DNA from: Takakia lepidozioides
Lineage: Eukaryota > Plantae > Bryophyta
DNA length: 64,000 nucleotides
NCBI GenBank assembly: GCA_030704615.1
Contig: CM060731.1
Location: forward strand, 59,272,001 to 59,336,000
Direction: 5' to 3'
The position numbers and the translations under genes are program-made. Positions 1 through 13,700 of this stretch are shown here, in pieces (position 1 is the first letter of the stretch; the number at the start of each line of letters is the position of its first letter). Under the pieces are notes generated by a model, which was given only the letters and a program-made list of their open reading frames with translations, had not been told where the DNA came from and searched no databases.

Positions 1-467
1 GGTGTTACCAGTAATATGTTGTGTCAGACCAAGGTCTGGGAAGGTGGCAAATGCAGTAGTTCTTTTATGGCAAGAAAAATAAACAGAGACATGGGGGAAT
101 GATCGGGATAACAGGGAGTTAATGGAATGACGGTGGACAGAGCAGGAAATGTAGGAGGTCAACCGACTGGTTCGATTCCAACAGAATCGCACCCAATTGG
201 CATGGGCGCTTTTGCACATCATGCTCAACGTCCATAATCACCACCTCTTGCACACCAAACCTCAGGTGTGACTCCTCTTCCAGACATGTAGGAAATGAAA
301 TGGAGGGAAGCAATCTTACCTTCTTTTGAAGGATGGAGCTGGCCCAAGAAAACCCTCTCTGACAAAGTCCACCATCTACAACGCAAAAGCACACACATAA
401 AAGAAACAGATAAGGCCAAGAAGGCAGGTTCCTGTGTAAGCAAAAGTGCCTCTAAAACTTTAGATTA

Positions 468-1115
468 TACTCATAAGACGTTGCCGTAGCCTTTGTGGCC
501 ATTGACCCCGCGCTCCATATGAGCGGAACACCAAGGGACAGAAACTACCTTTGTCAGGGGCTGATGCCAGTGGTATGACTTACCTTGGAAAAGACAATTC
601 ATCCGAGTTTTGCAGATATCCTCTAGAAATCCATTCACACGAGCATCGATCTGCTGCGTGTGGTTTGCCCAATAACTAGGCCCTGAAAGGGCCTGGGCTT
701 TTGGCTCAGCCTTGAGACTTTCAAAGTTGGTAAACAGAGCTACACGCAGAATTCCCTTGATGGATTTGAAGAGGACATCTCTCTGGTGAGAGTACCCAGG
801 ACAATGAATCAGAAAGTGAATATTGTCTTCAGGTTGCCCACACAACGGTGTTTGCAACCCCACTTTGCTCTCTGCTTCTGTTTGCTGTTCAAAGGTAGGC
901 TTCCTGCCCTGAGTTTAAATTTCAGTCTAGTCCCGAGGGTGGGTAAACCCTTGAGGTCATCCACGATGGCCTCTCCCATGTCACAGACTGGGAACAAGTT
1001 CAGGGAAGTTTCCTGCCTAACTTCATTTTCATCAGACAATTTCGTGGCAACAGACATGGCTTCGGACACTACAGCTTCAGACTTATCCGGCAGGGTCAAG
1101 GCTTGCGGACTCTAT
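468..1115 (-). mobile_element. 5'-truncated non-LTR retrotransposon 3' end (RTE/RTEX-like), in ATRX intron
   Basis: Frameshifted ORF with C-terminal CPLCGQPEDNIHFLIHC zinc knuckle. Clearly homologous to the copy at 35205-36150 and shares its 3' UTR. Confidence 0.8.
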
Positions 1116-1165
1116 CACTTTAGAATGTAAACACATCCATTATTGCAAAGGTACGGCACACTTAC

Positions 1166-4100
1166 ACAGTAGTATTCCATCAGATTGTTCTGCAGTGGTG
1201 ATCCAGTCAATGCAATTCGGCGCTTTGTTCTCACTTGCTTGAGTGACTGTGTGATATCAGCCTTTCGATTCTTAATCATGTGTGCCTCATCACACACAAG
1301 TAGATCTGGCCCTGGATGCTGCACTCTCACTTATTGGGCGTTAGGTTGCACAACTGTTCAGTTTGCAGAAAGACTACCATTGTAAATCAAGAGTTGATGC
1401 AATTGGGTCAATTTCAAGCAGGAGCAAGCTAGTGGTAAGAATACAGGTCACACGGTGTCTTTCAATGAGTGGGGTACGTTGAACACCTCAATGATAACCT
1501 TGCATGTACTCCTCTAATGTATATCAAATAGCCATGTAAGGTATCCATGGCATGCAGCTCTAGAACCCACAATGCAATTTTCACACGTCTTCAAATACAA
1601 GTATGGTCAATCCTGGCAACTTGCAGATAGGCTGGGTGAGGCGGTGTCAGGTAATAGAAATCTGCAGTCCCCACAGTTGACAGTTGTTCCAAATCAAATA
1701 AACTTGTGTGTCAGTGGGGTAATATGTGGGCATTCACCTGCAATGACACGCAAAGGCCTTCCCTCACAGACTTGTCCTTCACAGTTTTGCCCATGGATAG
1801 ATTGCGGAACGCAGTGTAGCCAATGAGCATGACCCCACCATGCACTTGCCATCTATTAAGGAGATCTGCTCGCTTTACATTGTCCCTGTCCCATAAAAAA
1901 ATATCAATTTTCCATCTTTGAAGGGCTTCTAGGCTATCCCAAGCATGATCACATTCATGACTCTGTGATGGACATCTACAAGGATTAGAACTGCCTGGCA
2001 GCAACCTTAAAGTGGATGCTATAAAGTTCCTTTCTTGCTTGTCTTACTTTGGCCCATGGGCTCGTGAGGATCCCTGCTCCCAATTTCTCTCCCTGTGTTA
2101 TAAAGTTACTTTCTTTCTTTTGTCCGGTGAGTCCCTAAAATAGAGACCCCAAAAGTGGTTATAAAGCCCATGCCCAGTTTACAAAAGCAGAAACTGAGAA
2201 GAAAGCAGAACGGGACCTCCACCACTGACACGGAATCCTTAGATCTTTAGTATCTGCCCCTGATCTACATGAGCTTCCTGCCTCAATCTGCAGGGTACCA
2301 ACTCTGTAGATGTCCGAAGCCCTTAGCAAAGAAATGAAATGGTACTTTATAACGTCCGCGGAAAGAAAGAAAGTCATGAAAATGGCGAGAGGTTCAAGGC
2401 CAGAGGGACTCTAGTAGAACACTGTAGACAAGAGGGTCAGTTGGCGGAGGGGAGAAAACAAAAAAGAAATCTTGTATTGCCCAGAGGAGCCCAGAGAACT
2501 GGGAACTCGAGGAAGCCTTACCGAGCAACATCTTCCAGCATGTACACGGATATGGGTTCTTCATTGGGTGGTTGCCACTTGCGAAACTCGCTGCGCCAAT
2601 TGTGCAGAACATTGACAGGTACTACAATCAGCACTGTTCTCAGCCCCAAGTCCACCTTTTTCAACACTGTGTGTATGAATGCGATTACCTGCAAACCAGC
2701 CATGTACATTATAAACTGTTGGAGATACTTTAGCAATACGTGATACAAACAGGGGATCAAAAACCACCAGTCTTAATTTTGTTAAATTGGAGTGCTATTC
2801 AGATTATCCCCCACAAGTGTACGACAATGTGAGCAAACAGAAGAGGGCTTGCCTGCAATGTTTTCCCAAGGCCCATGCAGTGGGCCAGGATGCATCCAAG
2901 CCCATCAGCATGCGATTTCACCTTATTCACTGACTCGATGCAATTCTCCCACATAAATCGCAGGCCTGCCAACTGCACATCCACTGAATGAGTTGGCATG
3001 TAGAGATGCACCAACTGCCAGCCATGCTGTAATTACAATAGACCCTCTTATTCTAGTTTCTCTCTTGTTGTTCTACTTGAGTCCCTTGGGCCCTTTGGGC
3101 ATAACAATTTCCAACAGCACATCCAAAGAACGAGTTGGCGAGATGCACCAACTGCCAGCCGTGTTGCAAAGACCCAATGCCCTTTTCAATTAGAGAAGGG
3201 CAAGGTAGGAGGAAGGGATAATATTAGAAAGCAGCAGATCTACTACCATTGGTGGAGCTCACTTCAGTTGAGGAACGTACTTTTCTGAGAATAATTAGGT
3301 GTATCTTGAGGACTTTGTCCAAAGAGGCCTTTAAAGAACATGAATTTGCTTCCAAATGAGAAGGGAAGTCAGTTTGGTATTCTCTGAAGCTCATTGAGCT
3401 GGTTGTTTGTCTAACATGATTTCCACTTAATTGGCCAATGCATTGTGAGAAAGGAAGTAAGGAGGAAAATTGTTGTGCCCAAAGGGCCCAAGGCACTCAA
3501 GTAAAGCGCTGTCTGATGGGTAATGTGTATGTGGGAGTGTCTTTTCCTTCCTGTGAACATAGTAGCGAGAACTAACGTGAACGCTGACTCAAGATCACAG
3601 GATCTTTTCTCCCGTTTTGAAGGCCTAGTTAAAAAAGTATGTTTGCAATCCATGTTATTGAAAGATGGGTAAAACCTGATGGGGCCGCAAATGGCCTGAG
3701 ATGACGGGTGAAATTCGCACTTCTTCCTCTTCATCCTGGCGAGCTTTATTCAAGACAAAACCTTCACTTGCAATGTCATCTTCACACATATCTAATTCCT
3801 CCTCCGCATGTGCATGGCGATTTGGATTGCGTTGGGATTTAACAGGAGTACCAGCACCACTAGCTCTAGCAGCCCGCCACTTTTCTACCCGCTCCTGCCG
3901 TTCCTGCATAGCCAAGAAAGCAATAGATCAAGTTTGAGCACAAAAATCCCAACGACTGGGATGAGTACATTCATCCACACATCACAGTTGTAATGAGGAA
4001 ATTGAATCATACCTTCTCGATGGCCACAATGTTCTGCGTCTTTTCGTCAAGTTCATCATCATCCAATGCTCTCCTAATGTTTCTGCGGTGCTTCCCTCTT

Positions 4101-7100
4101 CTGTCCACACACACACACACACACACACCACCCAACTAACAGCAAATAAACATTTGATGGACTCTCCTGAAGGAGTGACTAACTGTTACTGCCAGCAGAA
4201 CTACTGCAAAATGAATCGTTAAGTATGGACTATATGTTTCTGTATATTGATCCAGACTCGGTTTTGTCTTGTGTGTTCTAATTGAAGCATGACAGAAAAG
4301 ATGCTGCTACTAAAACCCCGGGAAATTTTTTTCATGCCTTCCTTTTCTGGATAGCCACCACCCCCCACTTTTTGTCTCTTTCTCAACATCACCAAGCACA
4401 AAAGACAGGTGAAGGGTTGAAAATACCAAATGACTGTAGCACACCTAGAAATCCAGAGCCAATAATGCATGCATGATTTACCATTGAAGTTACCTTGCTC
4501 TCGGCTTCATAATGACCTCTGTGTCACTCAACCCATCCTCATCGAGATTGTGCATAATGTGGGCCTCCGACTGCACTCGCTTGAACTCTTCAACCAAAGG
4601 CTTCAGGGGCTCTGGGTTGCAGGAAAAACAGCGCCAATCCATGCTACTGAGAATATCATGGAGCCTTCTTTCGCCAGAATTGCGAGAAATACAACACTTG
4701 CAAAAACCATTGCCACATTTTCCACAACGTACAATGTCAACCCCCTGCCGGCACCAACCGCAGTTGGCCTCTGAATCTTCTTCATCCTGCATATGATACA
4801 TTCCAGGCCCAACAAGCATTCAACAACCAATGAAAGAACAATAGATCTTGTCTCATTATATGGCTAACATTTTAATATGCAGCAAGAATTAATTCTTCTC
4901 CAGAATCCCAACTTCTTAAGTAACTGCATAAAGAACCTTCTCTTGAGTAAATACAGTGACAACACCTTGCGCAACTCAATACCGAACAAGCCCGTTCCAG
5001 AAGACAACACGGCCTTCATCCTACAGCCTCTGGAAAGTATCATTTCAAGTTGATTCTACAAATTACTTGGACATCGTAACCAACTTATTTGTAGCAACAT
5101 TTAAGGAGCCCAACTAGATTTGGAACCAAAGAAGAGTGAAGTACCTCATCGAATGGGTGCTTTTTGAGACGTTTGTAGCATTTTTTGCAAACGCCTACAC
5201 CAAGTTGCGGGTGCCTGAAAAGGTCAATCTTCTTCAGCAGCATCCCACATGCTGTGCACTGAATATCTCGTGGGTCAGCATCCCGCATTACATTCATGGC
5301 CACTCTTCTATTTTTACGACTTGGGGGCAGAAAATCATCATCATTGGGATCATCATCATCATCAATTTCCTGCAAGAACTTTTCTGCGTTTAGAATCAAG
5401 TGAAAAAGAACAATCCGGATGATAAGTCACAGTTCACAAAAAGGTTCATGTACCACTAGTCGAAGAAAGACAGGTAATGAGGGGAAGGTCTAGCAGTTGA
5501 ACCAAACAAGCTGTGGAGCACCATCAGTTCCACTGGGAGTGAAACAGGTTACCTGTGTTTCATGTATGTCTATGTAGCCCGAGGTGGACTTCTTCAAACC
5601 CCTTCGCCGATATTTCCCGCCAATAATGGCAACCTGATCAGATTCCTTTGAGCCTAACCCAATGAAGTTCTTCATCTTCTCCCCCGTCACATCCCTGAAC
5701 ACTGACCTCTCAGGTGGTTTTGTCTCCCCCATCACTATGCACTCTTCAATTTCCTCACGCTCCCCATCACTGTCAATCACCACTGTAGTTCGAACTTTCT
5801 TCTTTGTTGGAACCTCTGGAAAGACCATTTATCAATGTGAGAGCCTTGTAAACTCAGCAAAGGACAAATAGCTGAAGGGGTTTTCCAACCTCTTCTCCTG
5901 CGGTGAAAATCTTTCGCAAGCCAAGACCATGATCTGTATCCAAAACATGGTGAACTAGATTGATAATTGAAAGATGGAACTAAGGAATGGGGGAAGTCTG
6001 GAAGAGCCTAAAGAGAGGGCTTTCACCACATTGTGCCCCACCCTGGGTAGAGAAGAACAGCAACCTATATGATATTGCAGTGCTCCTATCTTTAAGCTCA
6101 GACTTATGATGCCTCTAAAATTGGTTACTGGCAGACTACATTAGGAAGGCTTGAACATCCCACTGCCTCAGAAACCGGAATCATCCATCCAAAGAATGAA
6201 CATATACTAACATTGCTGCTTCCTACACAGCTTGTCTGATCGGAGCATTGAATGCCCTGCCCTGTGCTCTGTCCCTTGTCCCCAGATACAGGGTAGTCCG
6301 GTCCATCTCGCTGAGTCCAACGAACAAGTAGGGAAAGGGCAAGCTGTTATGAGTTATGATCCCCACATACTAATATGGGCCTCTAACAGATCACTATTGT
6401 GGGACTTGAATACCGTTACCTGCAGGTCTTGGCTGTATTAGTTCAAAACTGTTCATGCATTGAGTTGTTGTTTAGTCTCTTACCCACATTGGCGGGTAAG
6501 CTGAAAAAACACTACCAACTCGCCAAAAGGTAATTACTTTGTGAATTGTGTTTTGTGAAGATTCAGAGGACATCCCACATATTTCCAACCTGTCATATAC
6601 ACCCACAAATATTCACAGTAGTTTCTTCCTTTCTATTATGAGATCCCGGGAGATTCTTGTCTATTCTGAGATATCCAATCTCTCACAGAGGTCTTCCATA
6701 TGAGGATCATACATGCTTAGCTGCATATCTGCACAAGGCTTTGACTCTTAAACAAAGCCTTGAGCAATGAATGTTTTTTGGGAGCATGTGGAGGCCCCTC
6801 TCTTTCTTGGTTCATGCTTTTGCTTGTCCCATGAGCTCTTGGAGCTTTCCGCGGACATTATAAAGTACCATTTCATTTCTTCCAGTCCTCCCCGTGCGAC
6901 ATTTGCTCTCACTGTTTTCGAGTTTAACACTATTCCATCCTACCTGTATGGGAGGACTGGCCCTTTAGACTTCAACAAGCACATTCAACAAACTGAAAAT
7001 CGCCTTGCTCTCTCAAACAGACTCACTCACCGGTGGGTTCCAGGCGTCTTTTGACAGTCTTTAATTGCATTGCTGTCACAGCAGCATCTTCCAACTCAGG

Positions 7101-10100
7101 GCTCTCTCCCTCCTCCCCAAAATGCTTGTCCCCATCAATTCCACTCACACCATCTGCAACAATTGTCCATGACTCCATTCAGATCCAACCAAAAAGCCTT
7201 TCGTGCCCACCTTCTTTGCACTCCCAACTACCACATCATATTTTGTCAAATCAGGGAAGTCAAGGAGCTCGATTCTGGCCAATGAATCACGGAAACATAC
7301 TGTGAATCATTCAATCAAGATCCTCTTGACAACACCCAGATATATCCTTTACATATATCCTCCTTGTCTGAGTACAGAGAAGAATGAGACTTTATGACAT
7401 CCACAGGGGGCCCCGAACTCCCAACAATATGGCAATGCTGAAAACAATCGAGACAACAAGAGAAAAATTAATGACAAAACTTTATAGCCATGAGGATCCA
7501 AGCCAGAAATGTAAGATACAATGGCTGCACTTCCAAAAAAATGGCAAAAAGTGGAGAGGTATTTTGGGTGCTCTCCATCTGCAAGTCTAATGGGCAGAAG
7601 CGACTGTACAATTGTATCACCTCAATTCTCAAAGGCAGCGAAGTACAGGGTTGGGAGCTTAACCAATACCTGTTTTTCTAACCTCAGGAATAGAGCTGGA
7701 TGGCAATGAGACGGACTTTACATCCAATCGGCAATGTACGACAATCAGGTTCTCATGCACTGAATCAAGTTTTGCGCCTGCCTTTGCTGTGATTTCCACG
7801 TTAACCTTGCAGTTTGTCTCGAATGCCTGCCTTGTAGAATCTGAACCTGCATCTCCGCCCATACTGACACTCTCTCCTACATGGGGAGACCCATCCTTGG
7901 AAAGCTTCCATTCACAGGTTGTCAAGTCGTCTGGAAGTAATGCAGAACCCGGGTCCTCAGGGGCTGCCACTCCAGCCGAAGATCCACCCTGTAGCATGTG
8001 CAACAAAATGAATCCTTTACATTCACAAGGAAAAAGGGAGGAAACGCATCATTTGTTAGTGATATGTTTTGGTTCCATGGGCTCTATGTTCAGTTAATAA
8101 GATCATAAAGTATCATTTCATTCCATTGTCTATCCATCTGAATTTTACTGTTACCAAGGAAAGGGGAACACCCAGACAACATTTTAACCAAAAACATCAA
8201 CGTTATTTTCCTCCACATTAGACAATTACACCCTAGTTCGCACAACTGGCTCCATAAGGTTAATATACTGAGGATACTATCCCCTGGGTAGTCTATCTAG
8301 TTTACATAGTTGGCTATGTCATAGCCATTTATGGTCCATAACATGCCTTGTGGCATATCTGCAGGCTATAATCTTGGACAACCACTTGAGTTGAGTTTAA
8401 TGGATGCATTGGGAGTCCCAGGAATCCTTTGATGTCTCATACGCTCTCAAGAGCTTCCCATAGACCTTATAACTTTGTCCTTTATTGCTTTCTCTCAACC
8501 CCTTGATATGCTGTCTGGTAGTTCTACCTTGTCCCACGGTATTCTGGCCCCCACAGAACAAAATAGATTCCTACCTTTGTTCTTCTGCCCTTACTATAGC
8601 ACCAGCAGCTCTTGAATAAACCTGGCTCCCTCCAGTATAAGGCCAAGGCCAGAATGTAACCACTACTCAAATCCCACTAATCAGAGTTTCGTCACTGGAA
8701 GAACACAACGGCAAGTAACCGTGAGCTTACAGTGCACTTGATTTCGCGGTAGTTGTTGTGCACTTTGTATTGTAGTTCTGCTTATACATGTCCAGTTTCA
8801 CCAGATTTGCTTCACCTCTCTTGTAGCACATGTATTGCCTCCGCAAAACATTCAGCATGTAGCTGAAGCATGTCACTGGTTGTTTGAGAAGGCACGAGGT
8901 GATGGCATTTCACCAGTGGGCTTGAGGACCACAGTGAGTACTTTGGTGTTGAGGGTCAAGCCAAGTTTCCATGATCATTGGTGGCATTTTAGCCAAAGTG
9001 TCATGGAAGGGGAAGAGTGACTGTTTCCTGAAGACTCTTGCTATGATATGCCCTGAGAGCATAAGTTGTATGGAATATGAATATCAATCCCCCTGGTGTC
9101 AGCTGTGGGTTTGAACTCACCAGGATAAATGCGACACAACCCGAGTCTACATTTGTCCAGTGTTGATGGGGACATCAAATTATGAGGACCCAAGGCTACC
9201 AACCAGAATGCTCCTACACCTCCGGAGACATGGTAGACTATGAGTGACTCCAAGGATTCCTAATTGAACATTCAGAAAGTTCCCTCTATAGGAGGACGAA
9301 CTTGAATTACGACCCAGCTCAAGCCCACTCCAGCATCTAATGAATCAAAAATAAATGTCTCAGAAGAGTTAGACAGGATGTAAACATTTACTACCCCTCT
9401 CAGAAACAGCATGAACTCCTCAGTGCCCCAACAAACAGCAATTTATGCACCTGGAGAAGTGGGCACGGAGGGGCCTTCTCTTTAGTCACCTGTACAAACT
9501 GAGTCGTAGAATTGTTGAAGATGGACTTTGTGCTTGTAGATTGGGAGCACCTGAGTCCCGCCTTTGGGGCCAAGGCTCTTCTTTGCAACCTGCGCGATGT
9601 TTTTACATCGTCTTCCTCCCGCACCTAGTAAAGTGAAAATGCCATTGAATGTCCATGTCAGGTTGATTTGACTGACATTTCCAAGTGGTCTGACCCGTCT
9701 TTACTAGATTGCAACTGTCCAAAATCAACCTTCAAAATTGAAGTTGACTGTAATAAAGTTATCCGTTAAGTGAACCGGATGGAGGGCGAGTGCAGCCAGT
9801 TTGGCCAAAAGACGCGATGAATGTCAAAGGGCGGGGCGGGCAAAGTACAAGCAAATAAAACAAGGGGCGAAACTCAAAATCCCATGAAAAAGCACGTAGA
9901 ACGTGCTTGATCCGCTGTCTTCAGCCTTTGCATCCGCGGGCCCCACACCATGTGAAGGAAGTGAGGCGCAGGTCCAAGGCTACAGCGAGGGATAAATGTC
10001 CCGATTGCCGAGGAGGAAGGAGGAGGCGGCGCAGGGCACCTGGCACGGGGCCTACATTACTGACATGCTCGCCTGTCCCCACTTTTTGCCGCTTGTGCCC

Positions 10101-13100
10101 ATTTCTCTTGACTTTACGGATAGGGGCTTACTGCCCACCATCAACAGGGCCCCACTTAACGAATAACTTTAATTTTATCACAAAATGTAATCTAGAGGAC
10201 TTGAAGCGAAGAGCCTTCAAATCCACAACCAACCTGGTGCGATGTACACATTGCCTCCAATACCCAAGTAACTTATGTGGATATGAATAACTACCTTCTT
10301 CAGAGAGGTTTTCTGCCCATCCGTTAACCCACGTTCTCCTTCATTTGCCAAAGCTTCTGTAAAGAGGTTACCCTTCTCAATCTCAATATCGCCTATCTCC
10401 TCCACCTGCAACAAACAAACACACAAAACCCCCTGTTGTCTCTGATTCTATAAATGCTAAATCTACTCTTTCATTCACCGTAATATTCATCCATACTGCC
10501 TACTCAAGGACATTCCTACATGTATCTTGGACAAGGTGGAAAGACAAACAGAATTCTCACAGGTTATGTTAACAACAACATTGCAAGTTCCTCTAACAGA
10601 GCAAACTGTAGCTATAAAATTGCATGTTCTCTTCAGTCTAAAGGTCAGCAAAGTTATGACGCCATTGGAGTATTGTCAACACCAGCAAGCCTTCAATATT
10701 GACCACTCTGAATAGGTTATACAACACCCTGCCATGCAGCAAGCTTACAAATGTGGGTACAATCACATAAAAGTAGATCTCACATGAGAGTACATAAGAA
10801 ACCTTGCAGAACTGCCCTCAACTCAGTGTCCTGAAAAACCAACACTAATGCTCTTCCCAACCCAAAATATCCTGGTGGCACTGCACTTCAAAGTAGAGTT
10901 GTGACCCTGTCGAACAAGGAGAACCTCATTATTGAAACCATTGAAGACGATACTTACGCTGTCAACACCAGGTAGGTCTAATCCCATTCGTGCTGCTTGC
11001 TCAGGCGTGGAAGCCAAGTACACAGCTGCCCATTTCTGGGTTCCCATAAGGCTCCCAGGCATCGAAAACTCCTTATCTAGACACTCCACCAGCGACCATC
11101 CATCTTCTGCTGAGGGTCCTTCAGCAGGGACCCTCACTTTCCTCTCTAGAAATCCACTTGCCCCTTCATCTTGAATCCTTCCATGGTGCCTGTATATCCT
11201 CACATCAGACTCCAGGTTAACTCTGTGTAGCCAAACAACCAAATTACTGAGGCTCAACGCAATGCCTAGCGTATTGAAGTAAAACTTCCTACCAAATGTT
11301 GCATGTGGGTTCAATTCAATCAAGGTTTGTTTCTCCTATCCACAGAAGGTACTGTCCTACAACAATCATGTCGAACAAGGTGCATATGATGTCTAGCCTA
11401 CAATTCCGAGAATGAACCCACAGACAGAAGGAAATGATAAGTCCGTCCTTGTACCTTCTTACTGGCCTCAGAGTTCTCAGCTCACTCTCAGCCTTGCTCA
11501 CAACTTCGAAGACTTCTTGAGTGGCTTGTAGACCTACCCAGTGAATCCTTTTCTTCCAGGCATCAGTTGTGCAGTCTTCAGAAGCTTGTTTCTCAACTTG
11601 TTTAAAAAGATCAGGAAGATTCACACCAGCATCATCCAATTTCTCCTATACGAAAAGAGATTTTCTCTCATCAGTTCACCCAACTTAAAACATGTATTAG
11701 TCTTAGATTAGACACAAAGTAGGATGGCACATCATAAACAGCCACGGGAACGCAACGAGCTTCTAGGGCAAAGAAGTGATCTCACAACCAACTCACACTA
11801 GTTTGTATGATGGTATCCTTGTAGGCTTCTTCTACTTCTTGGGCCACTCCGACCTCTCTGTTCCTACATATTAACTAGACAGATGGAAGACATGAATGTG
11901 AGATCAGAAAAAACAAGCAAACAGAACGAAAGGAAAAGGCAAGAAAAGTTGAGACCTGCAAGAGGGAGCTTTGATCCGCCAGTTCCGCAAAAGTCTCCTC
12001 CCACTGCTCCATATAATTGCTCATTTCTTCACTGACTGCCGCCTCCAACTGCACTATGGTCAATACAGGACTAACTCTTTCAGATAGTGGCTGGCAACAC
12101 AGCCAGGCCTAAGCAGAAGAAGCATTTACAGGCAGGATTCCCGTACCGTCGTTTGAAGACATCTGTTTCACTGCTTACCCGGGATTCAGTTTCTACTTCA
12201 TACCCCAAAATAATTGCAGACTATAGTTATATAAAACATCTTATTTGCTTCTCCAAATGGCTTGCTATCTTGACTGTCTGAGAGAATGTACTCATAAAAC
12301 CTTGTATGCCGTAGCCTTGTGGCCTTGATACCCACCATCTCCCTCTTGTCTCAGGGAGAGAGATGACGCCAACCAACGTTAGCAAAAACGAGAGCATCTT
12401 TCCCTTGCGGGTTCTGTCTGGAACATACACTCCACCGCTTCGCTGAGAAAACCACATACCTCAGATCCAGAGTAGGTCTCTGCAAGCTCCAGTCGCACAT
12501 CCTCTCTGACATGCTCCATCGATTCATCCTCCAAGGCTTCCTGCGCTTCTGCAGCCTGAAGAATTCCATCCACAGAACTTAGGTCAGAAGGACATATGTC
12601 ATCACTCCACTAGAGTACTTAGCAACCAGCACACCTACGCCAGTCTTGAAATATGCTTAACACAAGTAAACAAGTCCCAAAGGCATTAAATGCTGCCAAT
12701 GGTTCCAGGACATGGGTACGATCACTGGCTGGTGGTTAACTTCAAGTTTGCACCGCAAGAAGTTAGCCCGGTTAGTAACTAAGCTAAAAATAGAACCTGA
12801 TAATATCTCTTGCTGGGAACAATGAAACTAGTCGAATAATCAGTACATCTTCAACATACAGGGAATATGACTTTCATGTGCTAAGACAACCAACATGATG
12901 CAATAGTAGTAAGTTGAATGCCTTGTCATTCTCCGAGAAGAAGTAGATAGGTACCTCACTCTCTACTTGCAGAAGCCGATCAACCAGTTTTTGGATCTCC
13001 TCATCTGTGAGAGGAACCTGCCAATCCAAAAAGGATGTCATCTAGTTATTGGCTCTGGGAAACACATGCGGAAACAGATGCGCAGACACTTGTGAATTTC

Positions 13101-13402
13101 TAGCAGCTATTACTGCATTCATTAGTGAAGACCTTCCAGGGCGAGTGAGACAGTCAAAATCACTCGTTAGATACGATTGACATGTCAGAAACCTTCAAGT
13201 ACCCACCTCATTGCTGGACTCCTCTTCCTCTTCAGAGAGGAAGGCACGATCATCATCATCATTCACCTCATTCCATTCTTCTTCTTCCCCGTCATCCTCT
13301 TCCACTTCCTCTTCCTCTACTTCTCCAACAAGTAAGTCCCCCAATCCATCCTGGTCTCTTTCCCTGCTTGCTACTTCATTACCAGAAAGCTCCTCTGGCC
13401 AT
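1166..13402 (-). CDS. ATRX: ATRX-like SNF2 chromatin remodeller (plant CHR20 type), multi-exon, 3' part beyond left window edge
   Basis: Exons read: acidic exon 13402-13207; [21 protein letters not shown] 13017-12955; [12 protein letters not shown] ~12555-12460; WKKRIHWVG ~11640-11455; GASGFL...[14 protein letters not shown] ~11190-10967; ADD zinc fingers [17 protein letters not shown] (~5400-5144) and CGWC..CGKC..FCKCC..WRCFSC (~4787-4493); SNF2 motifs [15 protein letters not shown] (~2972-2853), [12 protein letters not shown] (~2688-2520), [26 protein letters not shown] (~1312-1166). The splice junctions that were checked are phase-compatible. Confidence 0.95.
4107..4129. repeat. (CA)n microsatellite
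   Basis: cacacacacacacacacacaca next to an ATRX splice acceptor. Confidence 0.9.
6755..6900 (-). repeat. Dispersed repeat, probably a retroelement remnant; related copies near 2330-2375 (+) and 62510-62660 (-)
   Basis: Shared core ttgtcccatRagctct..gagctttcYgYggacRttataaag..tttcatttc; translates as [14 protein letters not shown] / LYNVHRKLIELMGQ. Confidence 0.55.
12278..12335 (-). repeat. Short copy of the LINE 3' UTR terminus
   Basis: Reverse complement ggccacaaggctacggcatacaaggttttatgagtacattctctc matches the 3' ends at 468-505, 35065-35110, 35205-35245 and 62380-62430. Confidence 0.75.
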
Positions 13403-13700
13403 CTGTTAAAGAACCACTTTGCTCTATAAGAATGGTAGCATTGAGGCTTCTGTTGCTGGCAGTACTTACCCACACAGAATGTCAGGATACTCCAAATAAA
13501 TGCAATCAACTTTGAACGCCTTGCATAGTACTTACCAAGAGAATCAAACAACTTGGGACAATTATACTGATACCAAAAGCTGTAATCTATTACCCTGAGG
13601 ACAAAATATACCAACACCAAAAGCTGTAGAACTAATTCTCTAACTGAACAAAGAGAAGGATATGAGAAGAATTGGAACTTTCTTTAACCACTAAACCTAC

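Noticed and set aside
6570-6585. Other TCCCACAT matches as snRNA USEs (also ~15340, 27621, 31561, 41521)
   Set aside because: They lack the terminal CG, a correctly spaced TATA and a downstream RNA gene
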